A stretch of 36,132 nt of DNA from Candidatus Thiovulum karukerense (GTDB lineage Bacteria; Campylobacterota; Campylobacteria; Campylobacterales; Thiovulaceae), in assembly GCA_024281215.1 (NCBI GenBank), contig JAMJTX010000021.1, forward strand, positions 1-36,132, read 5' to 3'. This document shows, one piece after another, positions 9,718-18,295 of this stretch (position 1 is its first letter; the number at the start of each line of letters is the position of its first letter). The notes below the pieces were generated by a model. It saw nothing but the letters and a program-made list of their open reading frames with translations, was not told where the DNA came from and searched no databases. The translations under genes were made by a program, and so were the position numbers.

Positions 9718-10686
9718 TTAAGTTAGTCTACTCTCTTTTGCAATAGCTTCTGCTACAAGATATCCATGGTTAATTGCGAGAGCTATTGAGCCACCTGATT
9801 TTAGAGCTAAGTCACCAATAATGTATAGCTTTGGGACAGATGTTAAAAACTCTGCACTCAATATAGGCTTACTCTGTTCATCAAGCTCTACACCACTTTT
9901 ACGAAGAAACTCTTTTGGTACAGTCCCCCCAATAGAGTAGATAATCCTATCGTAATCCTCAAAATCACCATGTTGAAAATGGACTCTAACACCACTCTCT
10001 GACTCAGAGACTCTTTCGATATCCATAGCTGTTTTAAGTTTTATCTTTTTAGACTCAACGAGTAGATTAAGATTGTGTAGATTTTCAGGATTTACTCTTG
10101 TAAAACGACTCTTTCGATATGTCAAAGTAACATCATCAGAGATTTTTGATAGTTCAATAGCATACTCAACAGCACTATTTCCACCACCAACAACAAGCAG
10201 TTTTTCTCCATTTATCGCACTATCGATATTAAAATTGACAACCTTTTTTATCTTTGGAGGAATTGGATAGTCCGGTCTATTTGGTTTGCCCATACTCCCT
10301 ATCGCAATAACAACATATTTTGCTTGATAGATATTACCATCAGTGGTTGCCACTCTAAAGTGGTTGGCATCACTGCTTATAGACTCAACATCAGATGAGT
10401 ATTTGATATTTAGCTCATTCTCTTTAATTAAGTTGTCAAAGAACTCTATGGAGGACTCTTTTGTCCCATCTTGAAACTCAATACTCCCCAAAGTTTCAAC
10501 TGATGCACCTTTCCACTCCTTATCAACTCGTTTTCCATCTTTATAGAATTCACGAATTGTCATTGAATGAGATGAACCTTTCTCAAGAATAAGAGAGTTT
10601 TGTAGTCCCAATCTCTTACTTTCAACACCAATTGAAATCCCAGCTACACCACCACCAACAACTATTAACTCGTAATTTGCTATCAC
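9718..10686 (-). CDS. FAD/NAD(P)-binding pyridine nucleotide-disulfide oxidoreductase, thioredoxin-reductase fold (YpdA/TrxR-like), no CxxC
   Basis: The 322-aa protein has two dinucleotide-binding motifs (VVGGGVAG at the N-terminus, VVGGGNSAVE centrally) and the C-terminal GD motif (YIIGDLA). No redox-active CxxC is visible. Confidence 0.6.
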   Translation of the reverse strand: MIANYELIVVGGGVAGISIGVESKRLGLQNSLILEKGSSHSMTIREFYKDGKRVDKEWKGASVETLGSIEFQDGTKESSIEFFDNLIKENELNIKYSSDVESISSDANHFRVATTDGNIYQAKYVVIAIGSMGKPNRPDYPIPPKIKKVVNFNIDSAINGEKLLVVGGGNSAVEYAIELSKISDDVTLTYRKSRFTRVNPENLHNLNLLVESKKIKLKTAMDIERVSESESGVRVHFQHGDFEDYDRIIYSIGGTVPKEFLRKSGVELDEQSKPILSAEFLTSVPKLYIIGDLALKSGGSIALAINHGYLVAEAIAKESRLT

Positions 10687-10810
10687 AACATCTCCTAATT
10701 TAAGGGATAATTGAAAAATTATAGCTTAAATGACAAAGTCTCTTATTGCTATTTTCACTCTAGTTTTTGTTGGTAAAATTAGATTTAGAAAATTATTAAG
10801 GATTTTAGAT

Positions 10811-12145
10811 TTGATAACTTTAAAAGAGGCTATGAAACTTCCAAAAGAGGAGCTAGTTGATTTCAAAAAGGATCTTAAAAAAAAGATAGATGAGAAAAAA
10901 GAGTTAAATGCTTATGTTGGATTAGAAGAGAGTGGTGATGGTGTTCCAATTTTAGTTAAAGATAACATTCAAGTTAAAGATTGGAGTGTCACATCTGGAA
11001 GTGGAATCCTCCAAGGATATATTTCTCCTTATGATGCTACTGTTATTACAAATATGAGAGAGAGTGGGTTGTCTCCATTTGGTCGAGCAAATATGGACGA
11101 GTTTGCAATGGGAAGTTCAACAGAGAGTAGTTTCTACGGAAAGACTCTGAATGCTCACGATTCTGAAAGAGTCCCTGGGGGAAGTTCAGGTGGTTCAGCA
11201 GCAGCAGTTGGAGCAGGAGTCGCTATCGCATCTCTTGGAAGTGATACAGGTGGAAGTATCCGACAACCAGCAGCATTTAATGGTGTTGTAGGGTTAAAGC
11301 CAACCTATGGAAGAGTTAGTAGATATGGATTAGGTGCTTATGGTAGTTCACTTGATCAGATTGGACCAATAGCTCAAAATGTTGAAGATACAGCTATTCT
11401 TTATGACATTATCTCTGGATATGACTCAAAAGACTCAACAAGTGCAGAGATGGAGTATCACCCAACTGCTCCAAACTTAAACAGAGACTTCAAATATAGA
11501 ATAGCTGTTATTGATAATTATATTAAAGATGCATCACCAGAAATTCAAAAAGCTTATGAAAATACAATCAATCTTCTCCAGAAGATGGGGCATACAATTG
11601 TTCATAAGAACATGACTGATGCAAAATATGATATCTCAGCATACTACATTACAGCAATGGCTGAAGCTAGTTCAAATCTTGCAAGATATGATGGTGTCAG
11701 ATATGGAACTAGAGTTAGTGGTGAAAACTTAAAAGATACTTTTATTAAAAGTAGATCAGCTGGTTTTGGTGATGAGGTGAAGAGAAGAATTCTAATAGGA
11801 AACTTTGTTCTTAGTAGTGGTTACTATGATGCTTACTATGTTAAAGCTCAAAAAGTTAGATATCTTATTAAACAGAAATATGATGAGATTTTCAGAGATG
11901 CTGATATGATTCTATCTCCAGTCTCCCCAACTTTACCATTTAAGTTTGGAGAGAAGAAAGATCCTCTTCAGATGTACCTAAGTGATATATATACTATTTC
12001 AGTTAATTTAGCGGGACTCCCTGCAATCTCTCTTCCTGTTGAGTGGAGTGGTGGTCTTCCAATTGGTCTTCAACTTATCGGTAAAGCTTTTGATGAACAG
12101 ACTATTCTTAATGGAGCTTATGGTTTAGAGAGTGCCTTAAATTAA
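10811..12145 (+). CDS. gatA: Glutamyl-tRNA(Gln) amidotransferase subunit A
   Basis: It carries the amidase signature ([11 protein letters not shown]...[13 protein letters not shown]). The N-terminus [10 protein letters not shown] from TTG 10811 matches typical GatA starts and has AAGGA 8 nt upstream. The ORF-track ATG at 10730 adds a hydrophobic 27-aa extension that looks spurious. Confidence 0.9.
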   Translation: MITLKEAMKLPKEELVDFKKDLKKKIDEKKELNAYVGLEESGDGVPILVKDNIQVKDWSVTSGSGILQGYISPYDATVITNMRESGLSPFGRANMDEFAMGSSTESSFYGKTLNAHDSERVPGGSSGGSAAAVGAGVAIASLGSDTGGSIRQPAAFNGVVGLKPTYGRVSRYGLGAYGSSLDQIGPIAQNVEDTAILYDIISGYDSKDSTSAEMEYHPTAPNLNRDFKYRIAVIDNYIKDASPEIQKAYENTINLLQKMGHTIVHKNMTDAKYDISAYYITAMAEASSNLARYDGVRYGTRVSGENLKDTFIKSRSAGFGDEVKRRILIGNFVLSSGYYDAYYVKAQKVRYLIKQKYDEIFRDADMILSPVSPTLPFKFGEKKDPLQMYLSDIYTISVNLAGLPAISLPVEWSGGLPIGLQLIGKAFDEQTILNGAYGLESALN

Positions 12146-12159
12146 TTTAATTGACACAC

Positions 12160-12174
12160 TCCCCTCTTCGGGGA
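12160..12174. terminator. GC-rich hairpin between convergent gatA and the DUF1501 gene
   Basis: TCCCC-TCTTC-GGGGA is a 5-bp stem in an otherwise AT-rich 50-nt gap between two convergent stop codons. Confidence 0.5.
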
Positions 12175-12195
12175 TTCTATTTCTTCAATACTTGA

Positions 12196-13506
12196 TTATG
12201 ACTTTAATAGTGACTCAATCGGCAACTCTTCTGTTAATAACTCTGGATTTGTGACTCCGAAAATCTTCTCGATTGTAGATGCAATAGCATAAGGTTCGTA
12301 CTTCTCAGAATTATCTGTTGGTCTCATATAGACTCTATTTTTATCTGGATCTGGTTTAAATATCTCTGTCTGACCTATAATCTTTCCAAGCTCTAAATAG
12401 TTAGTTGAGTGTCCAGCTACAAATAGGTTAAAGATATTACCGTGATCCCATCCAAGACTCTTATTAAGATTTACATTTCGTCCAAACTCTGTAAATATCC
12501 AGATAGAGATGTGTCGATTATCAACTGAAGTTAAATAATCTACTCCACTCTTTAAAGCCCCAAATAGATCAGACATTCGTCTTTTATAGTTGTTGATAGC
12601 CCCAGAGTGATCGTCCCAGCCTCCAAACTCCATAAAAGCTAGTCGGGTATCACTGTTATAGTTCATCACCTTTAAAGCACTCTCCATACTCTTTCCAAAC
12701 TGATTATCTGGAAACTCTATAGTTACCTCTTGGTTAGCGATGTTATCAACATACTCTGCTAACTCCATTTTTCTTAAAAAATTCTCATTAGCTTTTTTAA
12801 AGAGAGAGTTAGAGAGTTTTAAACCGTTTTGACTATTCGCAAGAGCTTGAATTTGCGACTCTTCACCATCTTCAAGATGTTTGTTCTCTTTCATTGCAAA
12901 TGGATTATCAAGAGTGGAAGATAGACTTGTAAAGTTAAGGTGTGATGGTATATCAAGCTCTCCTCTTTTAAATATCAGAGGTGTTCCACCAGTAAATGAG
13001 ACTGATGGAATAACACTATCTTCACTGAAAACACCATTTTGGTGAAGAATCTTTAGAATATCAGAGAAGAATCCACTCTTCTCAACATCAAGAGAAGCTG
13101 TTTGATTTTCAGCAGTCTGAAGACCATGAGATCTACTATTATTCTTCTCTCGGAATAGTGTTCTGACAATAGATAGCTTCTTTTCAGAGAGCATACTCTC
13201 CATCTCCAGACCACCTGCCTCACTCCAGAAACCGTTCTCTGTAACTTCAATATTTGGATAACTACTCTCACTTAGCCTCTTAATATCTTCCAAATTTGTC
13301 ATATTACCCGCAAGTTGAGATGAGCCACCCGCTAGAAAGATAGCAAGTATTTGAGGGGAGTTATTGTTAAAACTCTCTCTATCAAATTGCACAGACTCAA
13401 ATAGAGAGTAGTCAAACTTCACCTCTTCATCTGCATCTATAATTGAAGGTGTGAATAGTAGTGTTGCAGTAGCTAATGACAGTTTTAAAAACTCTCTTCT
13501 TTCCAT
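12196..13506 (-). CDS. Tat-exported DUF1501 family protein (sulfatase/alkaline-phosphatase-like fold)
   Basis: It has a canonical twin-arginine signal, MERREFLKLSLATATLLF. DUF1501-type motifs FGGWDDH and TEFGRN are present. Length is 436 aa. Confidence 0.75.
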   Translation of the reverse strand: MERREFLKLSLATATLLFTPSIIDADEEVKFDYSLFESVQFDRESFNNNSPQILAIFLAGGSSQLAGNMTNLEDIKRLSESSYPNIEVTENGFWSEAGGLEMESMLSEKKLSIVRTLFREKNNSRSHGLQTAENQTASLDVEKSGFFSDILKILHQNGVFSEDSVIPSVSFTGGTPLIFKRGELDIPSHLNFTSLSSTLDNPFAMKENKHLEDGEESQIQALANSQNGLKLSNSLFKKANENFLRKMELAEYVDNIANQEVTIEFPDNQFGKSMESALKVMNYNSDTRLAFMEFGGWDDHSGAINNYKRRMSDLFGALKSGVDYLTSVDNRHISIWIFTEFGRNVNLNKSLGWDHGNIFNLFVAGHSTNYLELGKIIGQTEIFKPDPDKNRVYMRPTDNSEKYEPYAIASTIEKIFGVTNPELLTEELPIESLLKS

Positions 13507-13545
13507 CTATCAAACCTTTTTGCATATAATTGTATATTAATTATT

Positions 13546-15282
13546 TTGGAGATTAAAATAGTGAAAAAGATAATCATACATCTACTCTTGGTAGCGACAA
13601 TGCTCAATGGAGCTGAGACATATAATCTACAACTCAACCGTGGTTGGAACCTAGCTGGAAATATTCCATCTTTAAATCTATTGAAAGAGAATAGTGAAAT
13701 TGACCTCATCTGGAAATATGACTCTGGAATGTGGCAGTTTCAAAATAATAAGTTTAATAGGGGAAACATTCTTGAGATATCTCCATTTGATGGGGTTTGG
13801 ATATTTGCAAAGAGTGGGACTTCTATACAGGTTCCTGTCGAGGAGAAACAGGTAGAGTATGTTGAAGTTAATCGAGTCATTAATGAGGGTTTTACTCAAG
13901 GAACACCATCTTCACAACTTCCCCTGTTTTCAAGAGCTTTTACTGATGAAGATTTTAAAGCTTTAAGTAGAGAGGGGCAGTATCAAGCTATTGACAAGAT
14001 ATTGAGTGCCTTCTTTATAGGATTTTCCAAAAATGAGCTTGAAGCTGTATTGGGTATGGATCGCCCAATAACATATATCAGAAATATGCTATCTCAAACT
14101 GTTGCTGGAAACTTTGAGAGTGCAGAAGAGAGTGTTCAGAGATTCAATTACTCTTGGAATCGTAAGACTTCAGAGATGGCAGTAGCTAGACTCTTCTTTC
14201 TTCAGCCAAGCCGAGAGTATCTAAACTTCTGGACAGCATATATGTTGGCAAACTCTAAATTTTACTCTGCCTCAATGGAGCTATCAACAGTTAATATGTC
14301 TACTGGTCTTAATCTGCTTCGTGAACTCTATGAACAGTTAAATAGTGGATATACAATTGAGTCAATGGTCTATAACTATCTTCTATCTGAAGAGTATTGG
14401 AGACGATTTAGAAGTCCTGAGGATAACACACGGGAGTCTCTTGAGTTGATGGTGGGTATTTTTGATGATTCGATGGTGCCTTTAGCTTCGCAAAGTTGTA
14501 AAGACTTCTCATATAACGAGAGAGACCAAAACCTTGAAATATCATTTAGCTACAACACAGAGGTTATAGATATAAATGGTACAGAGGTGACTAGATGTAA
14601 AGATTTCTATCGGGAGATTATTGCCAACAACCCTCTTCTTCAAGAGTGGTTTATTCTTCACTGGCTCAATTACTATCTTCCTGACTATACAGTAGAGGAG
14701 ATGAACTCTTTTATGGAAGATTTAGATGAGGTGGGTATAACAAACTATCAAGATATTTTTCTTCACATCATCTTCTCAGATGACTTTATAGAGAGTAGCG
14801 AAAGGTTCAAATCTTTTGAAGAGTTGTATCTGCCAATAGCCAAGAAGATTAACTTCTATGCTGGAACTAACACTTTCCGAGACTGGATTACACAGGCTCA
14901 CAATAGCAATCAACCACCGATGTACTATAAACTTGGTCGAGGAATTGAGAATCCATCAGATACACTATCATTTGCTCAATTGACAAAGACTATTCGAGAA
15001 GTGATGTTTCTTGATCAGAAAAATAATATGTTCTCAGATTGGGATGCTGGTTGGGGGGCAGAACTTATCACAGCTCTAAACTTCAATAGCCATGAAGAGC
15101 TAATCAGAGATTTAACTCTATTTTTAACTGGTCGGGAAGCTACGGAGAGTGAAGTAACAGCTCTGGCTAAAGTTCTCTTAAACTTTGATTTAAAGCTGAA
15201 CGATCATAAGGGTAAGGCTATTATGGTTATTCTTGATTATCTATCAAGACTATCAGAATTATATATATCTCAAAAGATATAA
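13546..15282 (+). CDS. Exported protein of unknown function, weakly DUF1800-like, with an extra N-terminal beta-rich module
   Basis: It has a signal peptide (KKIIIHLLLVATMLNGA/ETY). The start is either TTG 13546 or the in-frame GTG 13561. Residues FWTAYMLAN...LLRELYEQL...RSPEDNTRESLELMVGIF loosely resemble the DUF1800 core (FWxNHF...NENyARElmELftlG). DUF1800 is the usual genomic partner of DUF1501. The only two Cys both lie in CKDF motifs. Confidence 0.4.
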   Translation: MEIKIVKKIIIHLLLVATMLNGAETYNLQLNRGWNLAGNIPSLNLLKENSEIDLIWKYDSGMWQFQNNKFNRGNILEISPFDGVWIFAKSGTSIQVPVEEKQVEYVEVNRVINEGFTQGTPSSQLPLFSRAFTDEDFKALSREGQYQAIDKILSAFFIGFSKNELEAVLGMDRPITYIRNMLSQTVAGNFESAEESVQRFNYSWNRKTSEMAVARLFFLQPSREYLNFWTAYMLANSKFYSASMELSTVNMSTGLNLLRELYEQLNSGYTIESMVYNYLLSEEYWRRFRSPEDNTRESLELMVGIFDDSMVPLASQSCKDFSYNERDQNLEISFSYNTEVIDINGTEVTRCKDFYREIIANNPLLQEWFILHWLNYYLPDYTVEEMNSFMEDLDEVGITNYQDIFLHIIFSDDFIESSERFKSFEELYLPIAKKINFYAGTNTFRDWITQAHNSNQPPMYYKLGRGIENPSDTLSFAQLTKTIREVMFLDQKNNMFSDWDAGWGAELITALNFNSHEELIRDLTLFLTGREATESEVTALAKVLLNFDLKLNDHKGKAIMVILDYLSRLSELYISQKI

Positions 15283-15297
15283 AACTCTTGTTTTGTA

Positions 15298-15314
15298 AGG
15301 GACTTAAAGTCCCT
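15298..15314. terminator. Hairpin between the convergent 578-aa gene and the ATP-grasp gene
   Basis: AGGGACT-TAA-AGTCCCT is a 7-bp perfect stem in the 45-nt convergent gap. Confidence 0.55.
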
Positions 15315-15327
15315 CGTCTATTTCAGA

Positions 15328-16473
15328 CTAAGATAGAAACTCCTCTATATCACTCTGCTTTAGGTTGTTCTTCTTAAAGTTGGTTTGGTAGTTGTAAATT
15401 TCACTACTCCACTCTTCTGTTCCTTTAATGTCACTATCAGTATCAAGAATTGGATATTTGGCATCTCGAATATCTTCTCCACTCTCAATCTCTTTGCCAC
15501 CTGTATAGAAGTCTCCATCTGATGATGGTGAATACTCCCCAAAAGTGATATTTCTGAGAACTCTTAAAACAGATGAGTCCATCTTTCCTAACTCTTCCCA
15601 GTTGTATAGAGGAATGTTTGGCTTTCTATAAGTGCCATTTCCAAATTTCCACATAATATATTGACCTATCCAATCTCTAATATATGGAAAAGCAGCAAAT
15701 GCTGTTGCACATTCAAGAAGATAGAGCTCTTTACTCTCTCTTGCCACAGCAATATCACAAGCCCAGTACTCAGCATTAGCAGCTTTTGAGACATTCACAG
15801 CAAAATCCAACACCTCTTGAGGAACATCTTGATAGTCCATACTTCCACCCTGAGATGTGTTTGTAAGCCATTCACCTTCTGGTGGTCGTCTCCAGAATGC
15901 ACAGATTGGTTTATGTCCAACCAGCATAACCCGAATATCTGCCTCCATTGGAATAAAATCTTGGGTATAGAGTGGATAGTACTTCTTTGTATCAATTAGA
16001 TTTTTTGCTTCATCAGTGCTATCAACTTTATGAACATAGTAACCACCGTAGTTTGAAGCACCGTAAGACCTCTTAATGATTCTTGGGTAGTCGGCATCTT
16101 CGAGATATTGATCAGCCATATCGCTATCATAAATAATATCTGTTGGAGGGATTGGAATATCATATTTACGACAGAATCGAGTAACATTCTCTTTTGATTT
16201 GTTTGAGAATTGAGCATCAAGAGATGGTACAAATTCAACATTTGGTAACTCTCTAGCAATCTCTCGAAAAGTTTCATAGGCAGTTGCTGGAATATTTCCA
16301 ATTAAAACCTCTATCCCTTTACTCTTCACCTCTCGAATAAATCTATTTTTATCATTTCCCCAGTGGTAAATAACTGTCTCAATAGGATCTTTCCACCCTT
16401 TGAAGTTTGATTTATCAAAAAATCTCAATACATGATCAAGATATAGTAGTCCTAGTTTTGGTAATTTGCTCAT
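15328..16473 (-). CDS. RimK-like ATP-grasp ligase with an acidic C-terminal extension
   Basis: The ATP-grasp core is YPRIIKRSYGASNYGGYYVHKV...DIRVMLVGHKPICAFWRRPPEGEWLTNTSQGGSMDY, comparable to RimK DIRvfVvG...fRsNlhrGG. An Asp/Glu/Ser-rich tail of about 90 aa follows. The gene appears monocistronic, convergent downstream and divergent upstream. Confidence 0.65.
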   Translation of the reverse strand: MSKLPKLGLLYLDHVLRFFDKSNFKGWKDPIETVIYHWGNDKNRFIREVKSKGIEVLIGNIPATAYETFREIARELPNVEFVPSLDAQFSNKSKENVTRFCRKYDIPIPPTDIIYDSDMADQYLEDADYPRIIKRSYGASNYGGYYVHKVDSTDEAKNLIDTKKYYPLYTQDFIPMEADIRVMLVGHKPICAFWRRPPEGEWLTNTSQGGSMDYQDVPQEVLDFAVNVSKAANAEYWACDIAVARESKELYLLECATAFAAFPYIRDWIGQYIMWKFGNGTYRKPNIPLYNWEELGKMDSSVLRVLRNITFGEYSPSSDGDFYTGGKEIESGEDIRDAKYPILDTDSDIKGTEEWSSEIYNYQTNFKKNNLKQSDIEEFLS

Positions 16474-16653
16474 TAAACACCTTTACAATATTATTAAGTA
16501 CAACTCTTGTTGTGAATTATATTATTTGTCAGCAAAATACTCAATTTATCTTCTACTTCAAAAGGTGATTAAAAAGTAGAGTTAAATTCAAAGTTAAATT
16601 GCTGTAATAGAGTATCAACTGGTAAAATTTGCAAATTTCTTTTTTTTGGAGAG

Positions 16654-17544
16654 TTGATGTTAAAAGCATTTTCTATTATGTTTTCTGTTCTGCTTTTTGT
16701 TATTGTTGCTCTATTTATCTATCCATTTTATAATCCAGAGTCTGGAAAGAGCGATGGTAAAATAAGTGTTGCTGTAACAATCTATCCTACTTATGATATC
16801 GTGAAGTCGATTGCAAAAGATAGGGTGAATCTACACCAAATCATACCTTTTGGTACTGAACCGCACTCATTTGAGCCAAACCCTCAAGATGTTATGAGAA
16901 TAACCAATTCACAACTATTTATCTTTACTGGTGCTAAAGTTGATTATTGGGCTGATGAGTTTGCTGATTTTAATCCAAAAGATGATAAGTTTATGAGGCT
17001 TTCAGAGGATATTACTATCATTAATGGAGATCCTCACTTCTGGCAGAGTGTTGCAAATATGAAGATTCTTGCTAGTGAGATTGCTGGTCGACTGATTGAA
17101 CTAGACTCAGTTAATAGTGCATTCTATAAAGAGAACCTATCTGAATATTTAGCTAAACTTGAAAAGCTATCAAATGATTTCCAAATTGGACTGAGTCAAT
17201 GTCGGCTGGATAGCATTGTTGTTAATCATGATGCTTTTAACTATTTAGCAAAAGACTATAACTTTAAGAGCTACTCCGTTATGGGACTTTCACCTGATGA
17301 GAGACCTAGTGCAAAAACTATTGCTGAAATTATAGAGAGTGTAAAAAAGCACAATATCTCAACTCTATTTTTTGAAGAGTTAGCTTCTGGAAGTGTTATT
17401 GAGACAATTGCAAAAGAGACAGGTGTTAAAGTTTCTATACTATCACCACTTGGCAATGTAGAGCCAACAAAAGTAGAAGATGGATATGTAAATCTTATGT
17501 ATGAGAATTTAACCAAACTACGAGAGGCTCTTGATTGTCAATAG
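16654..17544 (+). CDS. Metal (Zn/Mn) ABC transporter substrate-binding protein, ZnuA/TroA family
   Basis: Cluster A-I SBP motifs are present: GTEPHSFEP, GDPHFWQS, NHDAFNYL. The N-terminal hydrophobic anchor has no lipobox Cys. TTG 16654 is immediately followed by ATG 16657, and either could be the start. Confidence 0.8.
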   Translation: MMLKAFSIMFSVLLFVIVALFIYPFYNPESGKSDGKISVAVTIYPTYDIVKSIAKDRVNLHQIIPFGTEPHSFEPNPQDVMRITNSQLFIFTGAKVDYWADEFADFNPKDDKFMRLSEDITIINGDPHFWQSVANMKILASEIAGRLIELDSVNSAFYKENLSEYLAKLEKLSNDFQIGLSQCRLDSIVVNHDAFNYLAKDYNFKSYSVMGLSPDERPSAKTIAEIIESVKKHNISTLFFEELASGSVIETIAKETGVKVSILSPLGNVEPTKVEDGYVNLMYENLTKLREALDCQ

Positions 17545-18278
17545 TTGATATTCATGAGTTAAGCTACTCAATTGATAATATCACTATATTAGAGAATATA
17601 TCTCTTCAAGTACAAAAAGGGGACTACTTAGCTGTTGTTGGACCAAATGGCGGAGGTAAATCGACTCTTGTTAATACCATCTTGGGATTAAATAGAGGCT
17701 ATAAAGGGAGTATAAAACTCTTTGGAGACCCCTTAAAAGAGTTTAAGAGATGGGAGAAGATAGGGTTTGTTCCACAGCGAGTAATTGAGATTGATTCAAA
17801 ATTTCCAATTACAGTTCATGAGACTGTTAAACTTGGAAGAATCTCCTCCCTTCGTCAATTCTGGAGAAGCCATAAAGAGGAGAATGTCTTTATTGATGAG
17901 GTAATGGAGATGTTAAAGATACCTCATCTTAAAGATCGTCTTATAGGGGAACTCTCTGGTGGTCAGAAACAGCGAGTTATGATAGCTAGAGCATTGGTCT
18001 CAAAACCTGAACTTCTTATTCTTGATGAGCCAAATACAGGTGTTGATCAGGAGACACAGAGGGAGTTTTACTCTTTTCTCAAAAGACTTAATCGTGAAAA
18101 GGGGATAACAATCGTTTTTATCACTCACGACATAGGTGTAATTGAAGATAGCATTAACTCAATTGTGACAGTCAATCGTGAGCTGATTAAAAGCAATAAC
18201 CCAACAACCATTTTTAATTGTAAAGTTATGAGAGATGTCTATGGCATCGACTCACACTTGCAAAACCATAGACATTAA
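17535..18278 (+). CDS. Metal ABC transporter ATP-binding protein, ZnuC-like
   Basis: It has Walker A GPNGGGKST, the signature LSGGQKQR and Walker B LLILDEPNTGVD. The TTG start overlaps the SBP gene end by 10 nt. Confidence 0.85.
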   Translation: MSIVDIHELSYSIDNITILENISLQVQKGDYLAVVGPNGGGKSTLVNTILGLNRGYKGSIKLFGDPLKEFKRWEKIGFVPQRVIEIDSKFPITVHETVKLGRISSLRQFWRSHKEENVFIDEVMEMLKIPHLKDRLIGELSGGQKQRVMIARALVSKPELLILDEPNTGVDQETQREFYSFLKRLNREKGITIVFITHDIGVIEDSINSIVTVNRELIKSNNPTTIFNCKVMRDVYGIDSHLQNHRH

Positions 18279-18295
18279 ACTATTTTGGAGGAGAT

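Noticed and set aside
16619-16633. A sigma-54-like element, TGGGTAAAATTTGCA, upstream of the ZnuA-like gene.
   Set aside because: The GG-to-GC spacing is one nt shorter than the strict -24/-12 consensus (TGGCAC-N5-TTGC). The element is also only about 20 nt from the start codon.
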